Shown: positions 56,162-64,000 of the stretch, piece by piece
How positions within the stretch are numbered: position 1 is the first letter of the stretch
How the letters are laid out: each line of letters opens with the position of its first letter
NCBI GenBank assembly: GCA_964577685.1
Contig: CAZNZT010000001.1
Span: 47,978 to 111,977 of the forward strand
From: an uncultured Methanosarcinales archaeon
GTDB taxonomy: Archaea > Nanobdellota > Nanobdellia > Woesearchaeales > JACPBV01
Direction: 5' to 3'
Length of the DNA stretch: 64,000 bases
Position numbers and translations under genes: made by a program
The notes under the pieces: generated by a model
Told to the model about the DNA's origin: nothing
What the model saw: the letters and a program-made list of their open reading frames with translations, nothing else
Databases searched by the model: none

Positions 56162-57796
56162 TTATCTAGTACTTGATGTGTTGCCAATCTTAGCTATTTC
56201 CTCATCATAATCTGGATTATCAATCTTTATTTCCTCAAGCCTCCCTCTTTTCTCTTCTAAGATTTGTTTTAATAACTTTTTTATCTTTTCTTCATCCTGT
56301 TTGCTATAACCAACAAGTTCTTTGAGGGCTTCTGCAACATGAGGTATGTATTTTTCTAGATAAGACCTCTTTGCTCCTTCCATTTGTATTTTTCTTTTTT
56401 TATGGATATAAATAGAAAGTCTTCTTCCTATTTCTTGTAAGGCTAATTTTATCTCTTTTATAATCTCAGGATAATGGGCTATTGCTTCTTTGCTCTCTGA
56501 TGTGAATGGAACCCACACAGAATTTATAGAGACTACAATAGTGACAGGACCTACTGGTAAAGCACCCTTACTTTGGCTTAAACCATAATTACGCCAGCTC
56601 GTGTTTATTATAGACTTTGTAATTGCACAGGCACTCTGTTGATATAATAATGGAACCCTATTAGCATATCTATAAATCCTAGCTGTGCCCTCTGGGTCTT
56701 GTTCTCCACCATATGCTAGTCCAGCCTCAATAACAAAAGGATTTCCCCTATACACTGATGGTGTTCTTGTTGTTGCACAATAGAATTCTGCGTTTATTTC
56801 TTTTCTTAAACCCTTTTCCAATAATTCTTGGCCTATCGGAGAGATACAGTCAGAAGGAGGTGAAATAATTTTTGTTTTATTTATTCCCTGTAACAGTCTT
56901 TCAGCCATTTCCCTATTTATGTCTTTGGGCTTTGTTGTAGGTAAGAGAGCAGCATTTCTACAGATTTCCTTTGCTGTCCCGCTACCAACTCTAGAGAATT
57001 CGTTCATTAGAAAACTTTGTAATGTTCTAGACTCTGTAAGACTCAACATTCTAACAAGCACACCAAGTTCAACTCCATAAGGATGGGGTTTTATTTCTAC
57101 TGGTTTTTTTGGTAGTTCATTTGTTACTCTAGCAAATATTAATTGTTCTGCCTTTGGGTTAGTGTATATTATTGTAACATGGGGGTTCACAATTGCTGTT
57201 TGTTTTAGATATTGGTCTATAGATTGGTAACCTCCTTGATAAGAGCCCTCTAAGTCTAGTTCTACCCTAGTTCCGTGCTCTTTTTTCCATTCTACTATGT
57301 CTTCCTTTGCGATTATTGGTTTATTTTTTTGAGTATCAATATGTAGCTCATAATAATGTGCTGGTGAGTTTTTGGATATTCTTGATGTTATCTTTGCTGG
57401 TTTACCCGTTGTTAGCTGTGCATAAAGAACCGAAGCACTTATACCTATCCCTTGTTGGCCTCTGCTTTGGCTGAGCTTAAAGAACTTGCTACCATAGAGT
57501 AGCCTAGCAAATATGTGGGGTATTTGTTTTTTAACTATTCCTGGGCCGTTATCTTCTACTATAACTCTAAATCTATTATTACCAATGTCAATAACCTCAA
57601 CACTTATTTCTGGCAATATGCCTGCTTCTTCACATGCATCAAGGCTGTTGTCAACAGCTTCTTTTATGGTAGTCATCAATGCCTTCCTTTTATTATCAAA
57701 ACCAAGAAGATGCCTATTCCTAGCAAAAAACTCTGCTACACCTATTTCTCTTTGCTTTTTGGCTAATTCTAGGGCAATAGGAATATCTTCTGCCAT
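56162..57796 (-). CDS. top6B: DNA topoisomerase VI subunit B (GHKL ATPase)
   Basis: 544 aa, Bergerat fold '[14 protein letters not shown]', 'EDNGPGI', 'GQQGIGIS'. Confidence 0.8.
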   Translation of the reverse strand: MAEDIPIALELAKKQREIGVAEFFARNRHLLGFDNKRKALMTTIKEAVDNSLDACEEAGILPEISVEVIDIGNNRFRVIVEDNGPGIVKKQIPHIFARLLYGSKFFKLSQSRGQQGIGISASVLYAQLTTGKPAKITSRISKNSPAHYYELHIDTQKNKPIIAKEDIVEWKKEHGTRVELDLEGSYQGGYQSIDQYLKQTAIVNPHVTIIYTNPKAEQLIFARVTNELPKKPVEIKPHPYGVELGVLVRMLSLTESRTLQSFLMNEFSRVGSGTAKEICRNAALLPTTKPKDINREMAERLLQGINKTKIISPPSDCISPIGQELLEKGLRKEINAEFYCATTRTPSVYRGNPFVIEAGLAYGGEQDPEGTARIYRYANRVPLLYQQSACAITKSIINTSWRNYGLSQSKGALPVGPVTIVVSINSVWVPFTSESKEAIAHYPEIIKEIKLALQEIGRRLSIYIHKKRKIQMEGAKRSYLEKYIPHVAEALKELVGYSKQDEEKIKKLLKQILEEKRGRLEEIKIDNPDYDEEIAKIGNTSSTR

Positions 57797-57839
57797 CCTA
57801 ACAAAACCCAGAAACCACTCATTATTAAAGCTTTTGCTT

Positions 57840-58403
57840 TTAGATATTGGTTAGTCTCCCTATCTTAAGGCTTTTTTTCTTTTTTTCTAAGAATTTGTAA
57901 ACACTTGAGTGAGGGCTTCCTTTTAATAGTTTTTCAATAGCTTGTCTTGCCATTGAAACTTCTTCTGGTAGGCCAATGATACCTATTGTTTTTCCATAGA
58001 CACATACATAAGCTCCAGATAGCTCTTCTATCCTCCTCCTAGATTTTCCTTCTTTTCCAATAACCCTGCCTTTAACCCTTATCAAAGAATTCTTTGATTT
58101 ACCAACATACTCTTTTAGGTCAACTATCTCAAAGCAATAATCTGGTTTCAGTAATAGCTTCGCTATATCCGGATTAAATCCCCTTCCTATTGCTTCTATA
58201 ACCTCCTTTACAGTATAAAGATTTATGGCGTCTGTTCCCTCTATATTAATATCTCCTTCATTGCTATCAATATTAATCTTTATGTTTGTAGATTGTTCTA
58301 TCTCTTTTTTTGTTTCTCCCTTTTTACCAATTAAAACTGCAATCCTTTCTTTAGGTATTTTTAGTTCATAAATAAATGAATCCATATAAGATGGGAGTAT
58401 CAT
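57840..58403 (-). CDS. KH-domain RNA-binding protein (archaeal Dim2/Pno1-like, two KH domains)
   Basis: 187 aa, '[16 protein letters not shown]' and '[19 protein letters not shown]' (GxxG KH loops). Confidence 0.65.
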   Translation of the reverse strand: MILPSYMDSFIYELKIPKERIAVLIGKKGETKKEIEQSTNIKINIDSNEGDINIEGTDAINLYTVKEVIEAIGRGFNPDIAKLLLKPDYCFEIVDLKEYVGKSKNSLIRVKGRVIGKEGKSRRRIEELSGAYVCVYGKTIGIIGLPEEVSMARQAIEKLLKGSPHSSVYKFLEKKKKSLKIGRLTNI

Positions 58404-58472
58404 TATTATTTTTAAGGCTTTTCATAAAGTTTATATAATAATTAACTTGGAGGCTAAAGCCACCAGAGCTGC

Positions 58473-59180
58473 CTAGCCCTTGATTTGCTTGATTATTTTT
58501 TCTTCATCAACTTTCAATCCCAGTTTCCTAAAGAATAAACAAATATTTGAGATGTCCCTAACTAAAAATTCCTCTGCTCTCGGATTCCTTAAAGTTGTAG
58601 CTTGTGAGAAATCAATAAAAACAGGATTCTCTTGATGGTTTAATATGTTAAAGGCTGAGAGGTCTGCATGAACCAAGCCCGCCCTGTATAATCTTTTTAT
58701 ATTTTTGATTATCTTATCAAAGAAGTCTTTAGGGTTTTTTGGTTTTTCTACTATTAGTCTTGGTGCAATCTTATTGCCGGTACCTATGAATTCCATTACT
58801 AAGATATTGTTTTTGAAGGTTATTGGCAGGGGTATACTAACATTAGCCTCTCTGGCCTTAATAAGGTTTCTATACTCCCTTTGAACCCACATAAATATAA
58901 TCTTTCTTCTCTTCCCTTTTATTTCTGCGTACCTTGGGTCTTCTTTTAAGTAATCATACATCTTATGGAAGTCGCAAGTTTCTAAACGATATATTTTTAC
59001 CATAACCCTGCTAAGGTCGTTTCTAATGGCAGAAAAAATGTTTGCTTCCTTTCCTACAGATATCGGGCTTTCTAGACCCTCAAAATAACCTTCAGACATT
59101 AACTTAAAGATTGTTCTATTTGTAAATTCATCAAATACATCATGCATTGTTTTGAATTTTTCCTTTGGTTTTTTACCCAT
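58473..59180 (-). CDS. rio1: RIO-type serine protein kinase (Rio1-like)
   Basis: 235 aa, 'ISVGKEANIFSA', 'LVHADLSAFNIL', 'FIDFSQA'. Confidence 0.75.
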   Translation of the reverse strand: MGKKPKEKFKTMHDVFDEFTNRTIFKLMSEGYFEGLESPISVGKEANIFSAIRNDLSRVMVKIYRLETCDFHKMYDYLKEDPRYAEIKGKRRKIIFMWVQREYRNLIKAREANVSIPLPITFKNNILVMEFIGTGNKIAPRLIVEKPKNPKDFFDKIIKNIKRLYRAGLVHADLSAFNILNHQENPVFIDFSQATTLRNPRAEEFLVRDISNICLFFRKLGLKVDEEKIIKQIKG

Positions 59181-59525
59181 CTTGGTTCTTGATTAAAGAT
59201 GATTCTCTATAAAAAGATTTTTGATTTGCTCTAGATACCACCCTATAATAGTTACAAAAACAAAAGATTTAAATATTAGTTCTACTATACAATAGTTACA
59301 AAAATTTGGAAGTTTAGATGCTAAATCAAAATAGTTAAGACACAAAAAAACCATGGTGCTGCCTAAACACCTCCTTCAAAGCTCAAATGTCTAGGATAAG
59401 ACATTTGAGATTATTTTTTTATTAGATAAGCTCAAAATCACCTCTTTTTCCCTAGCAGGGGCCTCTAAATGAGGCTCTTGTTAGGGTTTTATGTTTCTTG
59501 TTGACTATCCCTAAAACGGCAAAGG

Positions 59526-59533
59526 TTTATAAA
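59526..59533 (+). promoter_or_regulatory. TATA-box-like 'tttataaa' about 25 nt upstream of the GTG/ATG start of the ChlI-like gene (probably a leaderless transcript)
   Basis: Seen in sequence. The archaeal TATA position of about -26 is established knowledge. Confidence 0.3.
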
Positions 59534-59555
59534 GCCGTGGTACTTCTTTTTTTAT

Positions 59556-60599
59556 GTGATTATGGTGAGAAAGGATATACTAAGCGAAATAAAGGGACTC
59601 CTAGTAAAGAATAATATCTTTAACGACATCATAGGTCAAAACAAGGTAAAGGAACAACTAAAGTCAGCTTTATTGATGAATAGACATGTTATCATAGTTG
59701 GTCCTCCAGGAGTTGGAAAGACTACTTTATCTAAAAATCTGGCTAAATTGTTACCAGAAATAGATGTTGTAGAAGGATGCCCATATAACTGTGACCCAAA
59801 TGCTCCGATATGTCCAGCATGCAAGGGTAAAGAAGTTAGAAAGGCTAAAAGAATCAAAGGTATTGATAGGTTCGTAAGGGTTCAAGGAAGTCCCGACTTA
59901 ACAGCAGAAGATTTACTCGGAGATATTGACCCATTAAAAGCCCTGAAGTTTGGTCCAATGAGTATTGAGGCATTTACTCCAGGAAAGATATTCAAAGCCA
60001 ACAGAGGGATTTTATTCTTTGATGAGATTAACAGATGTCCAGAGAAACTACAAAATGCTCTATTACAGGTCCTAGAAGAGGGAAAGGCCACACTAAGTAG
60101 TTATTATGTAGAAATACCTGCCAATTTTATATTAATAGCAACAATGAACCCTGAGGATAGCTCTACAGAGAGGCTTAGTGATGTTTTCATAGACAGATTT
60201 GATATAATATATATGAATTATCCTGAAACAATAGATATTGAAAAAGAAATTGTGGTAAAAAATGGCAAAAAATTGGATGTTTCTTTTTCAGATGATTTAT
60301 TAAGATTTGCGGTAGGTTTTGTTAGGTCTCTCAGAGAGGATGAAAATCTAGAAAAGAAACCATCTGTTAGGGCATCTATTGGCTTGTATGAAAGGGCACA
60401 AAGTAATGCTTTGATTAAAGGAAGAAAAAGAGTGAAAATAGATGATATCGAAGATGTTGTTATATCTGTCTTAGCACATAGAATAAGATTGAAGCCATCT
60501 ATCAGATATCTACAAACACCAGAAGCCTATATTGAGGAGGCATTTGGTAGGTTTATGCAAGAAAAAAAAGAAATAACCGAATCGGGTGGTTGTCGGTAG
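59556..60599 (+). CDS. AAA+ ATPase of the Mg-chelatase ChlI/BchI / MoxR-like family with a Cys-rich insert
   Basis: 347 aa (GTG start). 'VIIVGPPGVGKTTLSKNLAKLL', insert 'CPYNCDPNAPICPACKG', 'GILFFDEINRCPEKLQNALLQVLEEG'. Confidence 0.65.
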   Translation: MIMVRKDILSEIKGLLVKNNIFNDIIGQNKVKEQLKSALLMNRHVIIVGPPGVGKTTLSKNLAKLLPEIDVVEGCPYNCDPNAPICPACKGKEVRKAKRIKGIDRFVRVQGSPDLTAEDLLGDIDPLKALKFGPMSIEAFTPGKIFKANRGILFFDEINRCPEKLQNALLQVLEEGKATLSSYYVEIPANFILIATMNPEDSSTERLSDVFIDRFDIIYMNYPETIDIEKEIVVKNGKKLDVSFSDDLLRFAVGFVRSLREDENLEKKPSVRASIGLYERAQSNALIKGRKRVKIDDIEDVVISVLAHRIRLKPSIRYLQTPEAYIEEAFGRFMQEKKEITESGGCR

Positions 60600-61794
60600 C
60601 ATAGAACAAAAAAGAAAAGAGATAAAAAAAATTTCTAATAGGAAGAAGCACAAAATAAGAGACGAATCATGTAAATCTAGGGAAAACAAGCTGATTGTGT
60701 CAATTATTAGGGGAGATAAGAAAACTATAGAAGACGGCAGGATAATCAATGACGCCATAAATCGAGGAATTATGTCTTTTACACCTGAGTTGATATTTGA
60801 ACAGCTCGTGGAGAGATATTCTATTGCAAAAAATATTTATGGTCCTTCAATAATTAGAATTCTAACTAATTATGATGAGGAATATGTTAGGAGGAACATC
60901 AATATCCCTGAGTTTAAGGTCAAAATTAAAGAAAATATTGAGTCAAATATTGAGAGATTAAAGGATAGGGGGCTTATAGAAAAGGATGGTAAAATAACTA
61001 AGGAAGGAATAAAGCTAGCTTCTTTGATTTTGTATATGGAAGAACTGAATAATCTTGTGCCAAGAGGTATATTGGGTGAGAAGCTACATAAAAGAATGTT
61101 TGTATATGGCGATAAAAAGAATACAAAGGAATATAAGAGAGGAGACCTGTACAAAGACATTGATATAAGAAAGTCGATAAGACTAGCTATAAGAAGAAAC
61201 CATCACGAGATAAAAGAAACCGACTTAAGAGCCTTTGAAAAAGAGGGTAGGGGTCAGATATATGTAATCTATGGGTTAGACGCGTCTGGCTCAATGAAGG
61301 GAAAGAAGATTGAAACATGCAAAAAAGCAGGTATAGCATTAGCATATAAAGCGATTGAGAAAAAAGACAAGGTTGGCTTGATTGTTTTTGGTTCTGAAAT
61401 AAAACAGACTGTAGAACCTACAGGAGACTTTAGGAAGATTATATATGAGATTGCTAAGGTAAGGGCTTCAAAAAAAACAAATATTGCTTTGACTATAAAA
61501 AAGGCTATAGAATTATTTCCAAATAAAGAGGTTACAAAGCACTTGATTCTGCTAACGGACGCTCTACCAACGGAAGGAAAAGAACCTGATAAAGAAACGC
61601 TAGAGGCAAGCAGTATAGCAAAGAGTAAAGGGATAACTATATCTGTTGTCGGGATTAAACTAGACAGTAAAGGTGAAAACTTAGCAAAAAAGATTGTAAG
61701 TTTAGGTGATGGAAGATTGTATATTGTTAAGGACATAAAAAACATAGATAAGATTATATTAGAAGATTATTATAGTCTTCAAAACAAATTGTAG
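60586..61794 (+). CDS. von Willebrand factor A (VWA) domain protein, partner of the ChlI-like ATPase
   Basis: 402 aa. MIDAS 'VIYGLDASGSMKG...VGLIVFGSE...LLTDALPT'. Overlaps the ATPase gene by 14 nt. Confidence 0.65.
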   Translation: MVVGSIEQKRKEIKKISNRKKHKIRDESCKSRENKLIVSIIRGDKKTIEDGRIINDAINRGIMSFTPELIFEQLVERYSIAKNIYGPSIIRILTNYDEEYVRRNINIPEFKVKIKENIESNIERLKDRGLIEKDGKITKEGIKLASLILYMEELNNLVPRGILGEKLHKRMFVYGDKKNTKEYKRGDLYKDIDIRKSIRLAIRRNHHEIKETDLRAFEKEGRGQIYVIYGLDASGSMKGKKIETCKKAGIALAYKAIEKKDKVGLIVFGSEIKQTVEPTGDFRKIIYEIAKVRASKKTNIALTIKKAIELFPNKEVTKHLILLTDALPTEGKEPDKETLEASSIAKSKGITISVVGIKLDSKGENLAKKIVSLGDGRLYIVKDIKNIDKIILEDYYSLQNKL

Positions 61795-61876
61795 TTTAAC
61801 TAAAAAATACAAATCAAGGTTCAATAATCAAATGTATATTCAAGTATTCTTAATTATACAAAGAAGAGATTATAGT

Positions 61877-62305
61877 TTATCGCACCTCAGCATCGGTTCC
61901 AGAGGCAGGATATGGTGAGATAATAAAACAATCCCCATTAGGTATAAATGAAACACAAGAAGTTTTTTCATATTCTGGTGGGAGAGATATCCTCCCAAGA
62001 GTGTTTATTGCTGTTTTTTTTGCTGTAAAGTAAGCAATCCTAGCACTATCCTCCTTTGGCAGTTTTAAGAATTCTTCTAGTCTTCCGTAATAATCTGCTG
62101 CTGCGTAACAAGTATATCTCGGTGGTATTCTAGAATCAGATGGTTGTTGCCTTACCAGAAATATTATACTCCTCATAGTCTCATCTAGACTTTTATTTCT
62201 ATTTAAGATTATATCCCTTATGGGTTTGGGGACACATACTCTTCTCTTCCTATCTACTTTTCTTTGTTTTGGTTCTCCAAAGAATATAGAATCTATGCTC
62301 TCCAT
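61877..62305 (-). CDS. Hypothetical protein with AbrB/MazE-like N-terminal segment
   Basis: 142 aa, 'RRVCVPKPIRDIILNRNKSL' resembles a swapped-hairpin beta-barrel DNA-binding motif. Weak. Confidence 0.3.
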   Translation of the reverse strand: MESIDSIFFGEPKQRKVDRKRRVCVPKPIRDIILNRNKSLDETMRSIIFLVRQQPSDSRIPPRYTCYAAADYYGRLEEFLKLPKEDSARIAYFTAKKTAINTLGRISLPPEYEKTSCVSFIPNGDCFIISPYPASGTDAEVR

Positions 62306-62407
62306 AAAAACTATTGATTATAAGTCTATTTATAAATTTTACTTATTTTTACTATAATTTAGTAATCACAATTAACTTTAAATACATAACCGAAACCCCA
62401 TAATAGC

Positions 62408-63016
62408 ATGAAACTACTTGCATTCGTTGATATGCATGGAAGCCTAAGGGCTATGGAAAAACTTAAAGAGAAAGGTAAAAGAGCAAATGTTATTTTGTGT
62501 GCAGGGGATATATCTATTTTTGAGCAAAGGATTGAGTATTTCCTTAAAGAATTTAACAAGCTAAAAAAGCCATTCTTAATTATTCCTGGTAATCATGAAG
62601 ATGATGAGCATATTGATAGCATTTCAACTCTTTTCGGACATGTATATAATATTCATAAAAAAACCAAGATTATTGGAGATTATTTATTTCTTGGGTATGG
62701 TTCCGGTGGTTTTTCTGTTTTAGACAGAGAATTTGAGAGAGTAGCAAAGAGGTTTAGAAAAGAGATAACAAAGCTAAAGAAAAAAAATCCAAAGCTAAAA
62801 ACAATATTAGTTACCCATGCTCCTCCATATAAAACAAAGCTTGATGTAATAGAAGGCAGTCATGTAGGAAATAAATCAATACGATTGTTTATTAAAGAAA
62901 CAAAGATAGATATGGTAGTGTGTGGACACCTACACGAGAATGCTGGTAAAGAAGAGAAGATTGGCAAAACAAGGATTATCAATCCTGGAATGTTTGGTAG
63001 GTTAATAACTATGTAA
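62408..63016 (+). CDS. Calcineurin-like metallophosphoesterase (YfcE-like)
   Basis: 202 aa, 'LAFVDMHG', 'CAGDIS', 'IPGNHED', 'VTHAPP', 'CGHLHE'. Confidence 0.7.
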   Translation: MKLLAFVDMHGSLRAMEKLKEKGKRANVILCAGDISIFEQRIEYFLKEFNKLKKPFLIIPGNHEDDEHIDSISTLFGHVYNIHKKTKIIGDYLFLGYGSGGFSVLDREFERVAKRFRKEITKLKKKNPKLKTILVTHAPPYKTKLDVIEGSHVGNKSIRLFIKETKIDMVVCGHLHENAGKEEKIGKTRIINPGMFGRLITM

Positions 63017-63051
63017 TTACTCTACAATAACAAAATATTTAAATAGTTGTT

Positions 63052-63642
63052 GTGTTATTCTTTCTTCAAGTGGTTATTTTGGAAAGCAACCAGAATACGA
63101 GAGAAGAAACTAAAAAGCCTGATTTAGAAGGGGTAGTAACCAAGCTAGAAAATCAAGTTACTTCCCTCCTAGCTGGCAATTTCCGTGGAAGTGGGCCAGT
63201 AGATGAACCAATAGTTATAGGTGGGATAAGAAATACTTTGGACTGGTTGAGAGAAAAATATCCCGGCAGCCACATAGAAAGAATAAATAAACTAGAAGAA
63301 GGATTTAGAAGATATGTTACAAAAAACCACCCAGATATAGCTGAGAGATTAGGATATAGGAAAGAGGATGGAGAAGGCTTAAGCTTTGTTATGCCCGAGA
63401 AATATACCAAATTGGAGGGAATGATTAAAGATAAATTGAGGGAAATAGCCAGTAAATTGAACCCAAAATATAAATTATTTGTCGTTGGTGTGAAAAAAGA
63501 TGAGATGGGAAATAGACTTGTCTTTGGTGCTGGTAGGAATCCTAAAGAATTAAGGAGGGCAATGAAAGAAGGAGTACACTATTTTGCTATGTACGAAAAA
63601 ACAGAAACTGGCTTTGAGCTTTGTAATACAAGAGTAGAATAA
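63052..63642 (+). CDS. Hypothetical protein
   Basis: 196-aa ORF with no recognised motif. The true start is possibly internal. Confidence 0.3.
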   Translation: MLFFLQVVILESNQNTREETKKPDLEGVVTKLENQVTSLLAGNFRGSGPVDEPIVIGGIRNTLDWLREKYPGSHIERINKLEEGFRRYVTKNHPDIAERLGYRKEDGEGLSFVMPEKYTKLEGMIKDKLREIASKLNPKYKLFVVGVKKDEMGNRLVFGAGRNPKELRRAMKEGVHYFAMYEKTETGFELCNTRVE

Positions 63643-64000
63643 TCATAATTTTATTTTTATCTTGCTGTTTTTTACTAACAAAACAACCCTACTATTTTCT
63701 TTTTCATCTGTTATTATATAGTTAGAATATTTGGCTATTTTCTTTGCAAATTCTTTTACTTCAGTATGGGAAGGCATATTATCTTGTTTAAGTCTTTCCC
63801 TACTATAACCAACCCACATATACGCCTTACACTCAACAAAGCTTGGTGAAGAAACCCTAATTAGTTCTGCATATTCTTTTGGATTTAACATGTTCTTATT
63901 TTTTACTAGTGTTAACCTCATAACGCTCCTTTTGAAATCTTTTAAGAGCATTAATGATTTAAGAATATTTTTCCAATTATCTCTTGATAAAGGTCTACAA
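63643..64000 (-). CDS. C-terminal part of a TYW1/Taw1-like radical SAM tRNA-wyosine enzyme. The gene runs off the window end; the frame is open upstream of the Met at 63951.
   Basis: 'ECKAYMWVGYSRERLKQDNMPSHTEVKEFAKKI' resembles the Taw1 C-terminus. No in-frame stop between 63951 and 64000. Confidence 0.4.
   Translation of the reverse strand, partial: CRPLSRDNWKNILKSLMLLKDFKRSVMRLTLVKNKNMLNPKEYAELIRVSSPSFVECKAYMWVGYSRERLKQDNMPSHTEVKEFAKKIAKYSNYIITDEKENSRVVLLVKNSKIKIKL

Noticed and set aside
1-64000. Search for CRISPR arrays, transposases, integrases or prophage blocks.
   Set aside because: No regularly spaced direct repeats of 24-40 nt, no DDE or tyrosine-recombinase motifs, and no capsid/terminase-like ORFs were seen. 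Apart from the tRNA, the tRNA-adjacent region shows no integration hallmarks.

Overview
The window is about 64 kb of densely coded, AT-rich archaeal chromosome. The archaeal call rests on topoisomerase VI A/B, PCNA, Orc1/Cdc6, aIF5B, RpoE'/Spt4, ribosomal S24e/S27ae/L12(P1)/P0, Trm1, TrmI, a Taw1-like C-terminus, Dim2-KH and Rio1. Many proteins carry long Lys/Glu-rich tails, as seen in small-genome archaea such as DPANN-like lineages; that lineage guess is inference only. I called about 70 CDS, one tRNA and a few regulatory candidates. I saw no rRNA, CRISPR array, transposase or integrase.

Housekeeping islands, in order:
- nadB (5' partial), topA, and an extracytoplasmic Lon-domain protein plus a phospholipase-D-like lipoprotein.
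- Nip7 and aIF5B.
- L1, P0 and L12.
- rpoE', spt4, S24e, S27ae, a PIN protein and endonuclease IV.
- PCNA, serS and cdc6.
- An HD protein, endonuclease V and a radical SAM gene in one overlapping operon.
- Trm1, ahcY, Lrp, YggS and a DRG GTPase.
- topoisomerase VI B and A, Dim2 and Rio1.

Most interesting loci:
1. A 137-nt tRNA gene on the minus strand whose mature 73-nt form requires removal of about 20, 14 and 30 nt from the D-loop, the canonical 37/38 site and the variable region. The anticodon is probably UCU (Arg).
2. A two-gene surface module: a 1716-aa sequon-rich secreted protein with no membrane anchor, overlapped by a 221-aa C-terminally membrane-anchored stalk protein. The arrangement resembles SlaA/SlaB.
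3. A sugar-phosphoglycerate synthase/phosphatase pair (GpgS/MpgS-like and MpgP-like) flanked by two divergent GT3 glycogen-synthase-like paralogs that share a 47-nt identical DNA patch.
4. An AmmeMemoRadiSam-type radical SAM gene carrying a 1-nt frameshift, with its Memo-like partner 10 kb away.
5. Three tandem paralogous membrane proteins next to a Pro/Gln-rich coiled-coil protein.
6. An unlisted 47-aa Cys-rich ORF between topoisomerase VI and the tRNA.
7. A 375-nt intergenic region carrying direct repeats and an orphan hairpin followed by a T-run, a candidate small RNA.
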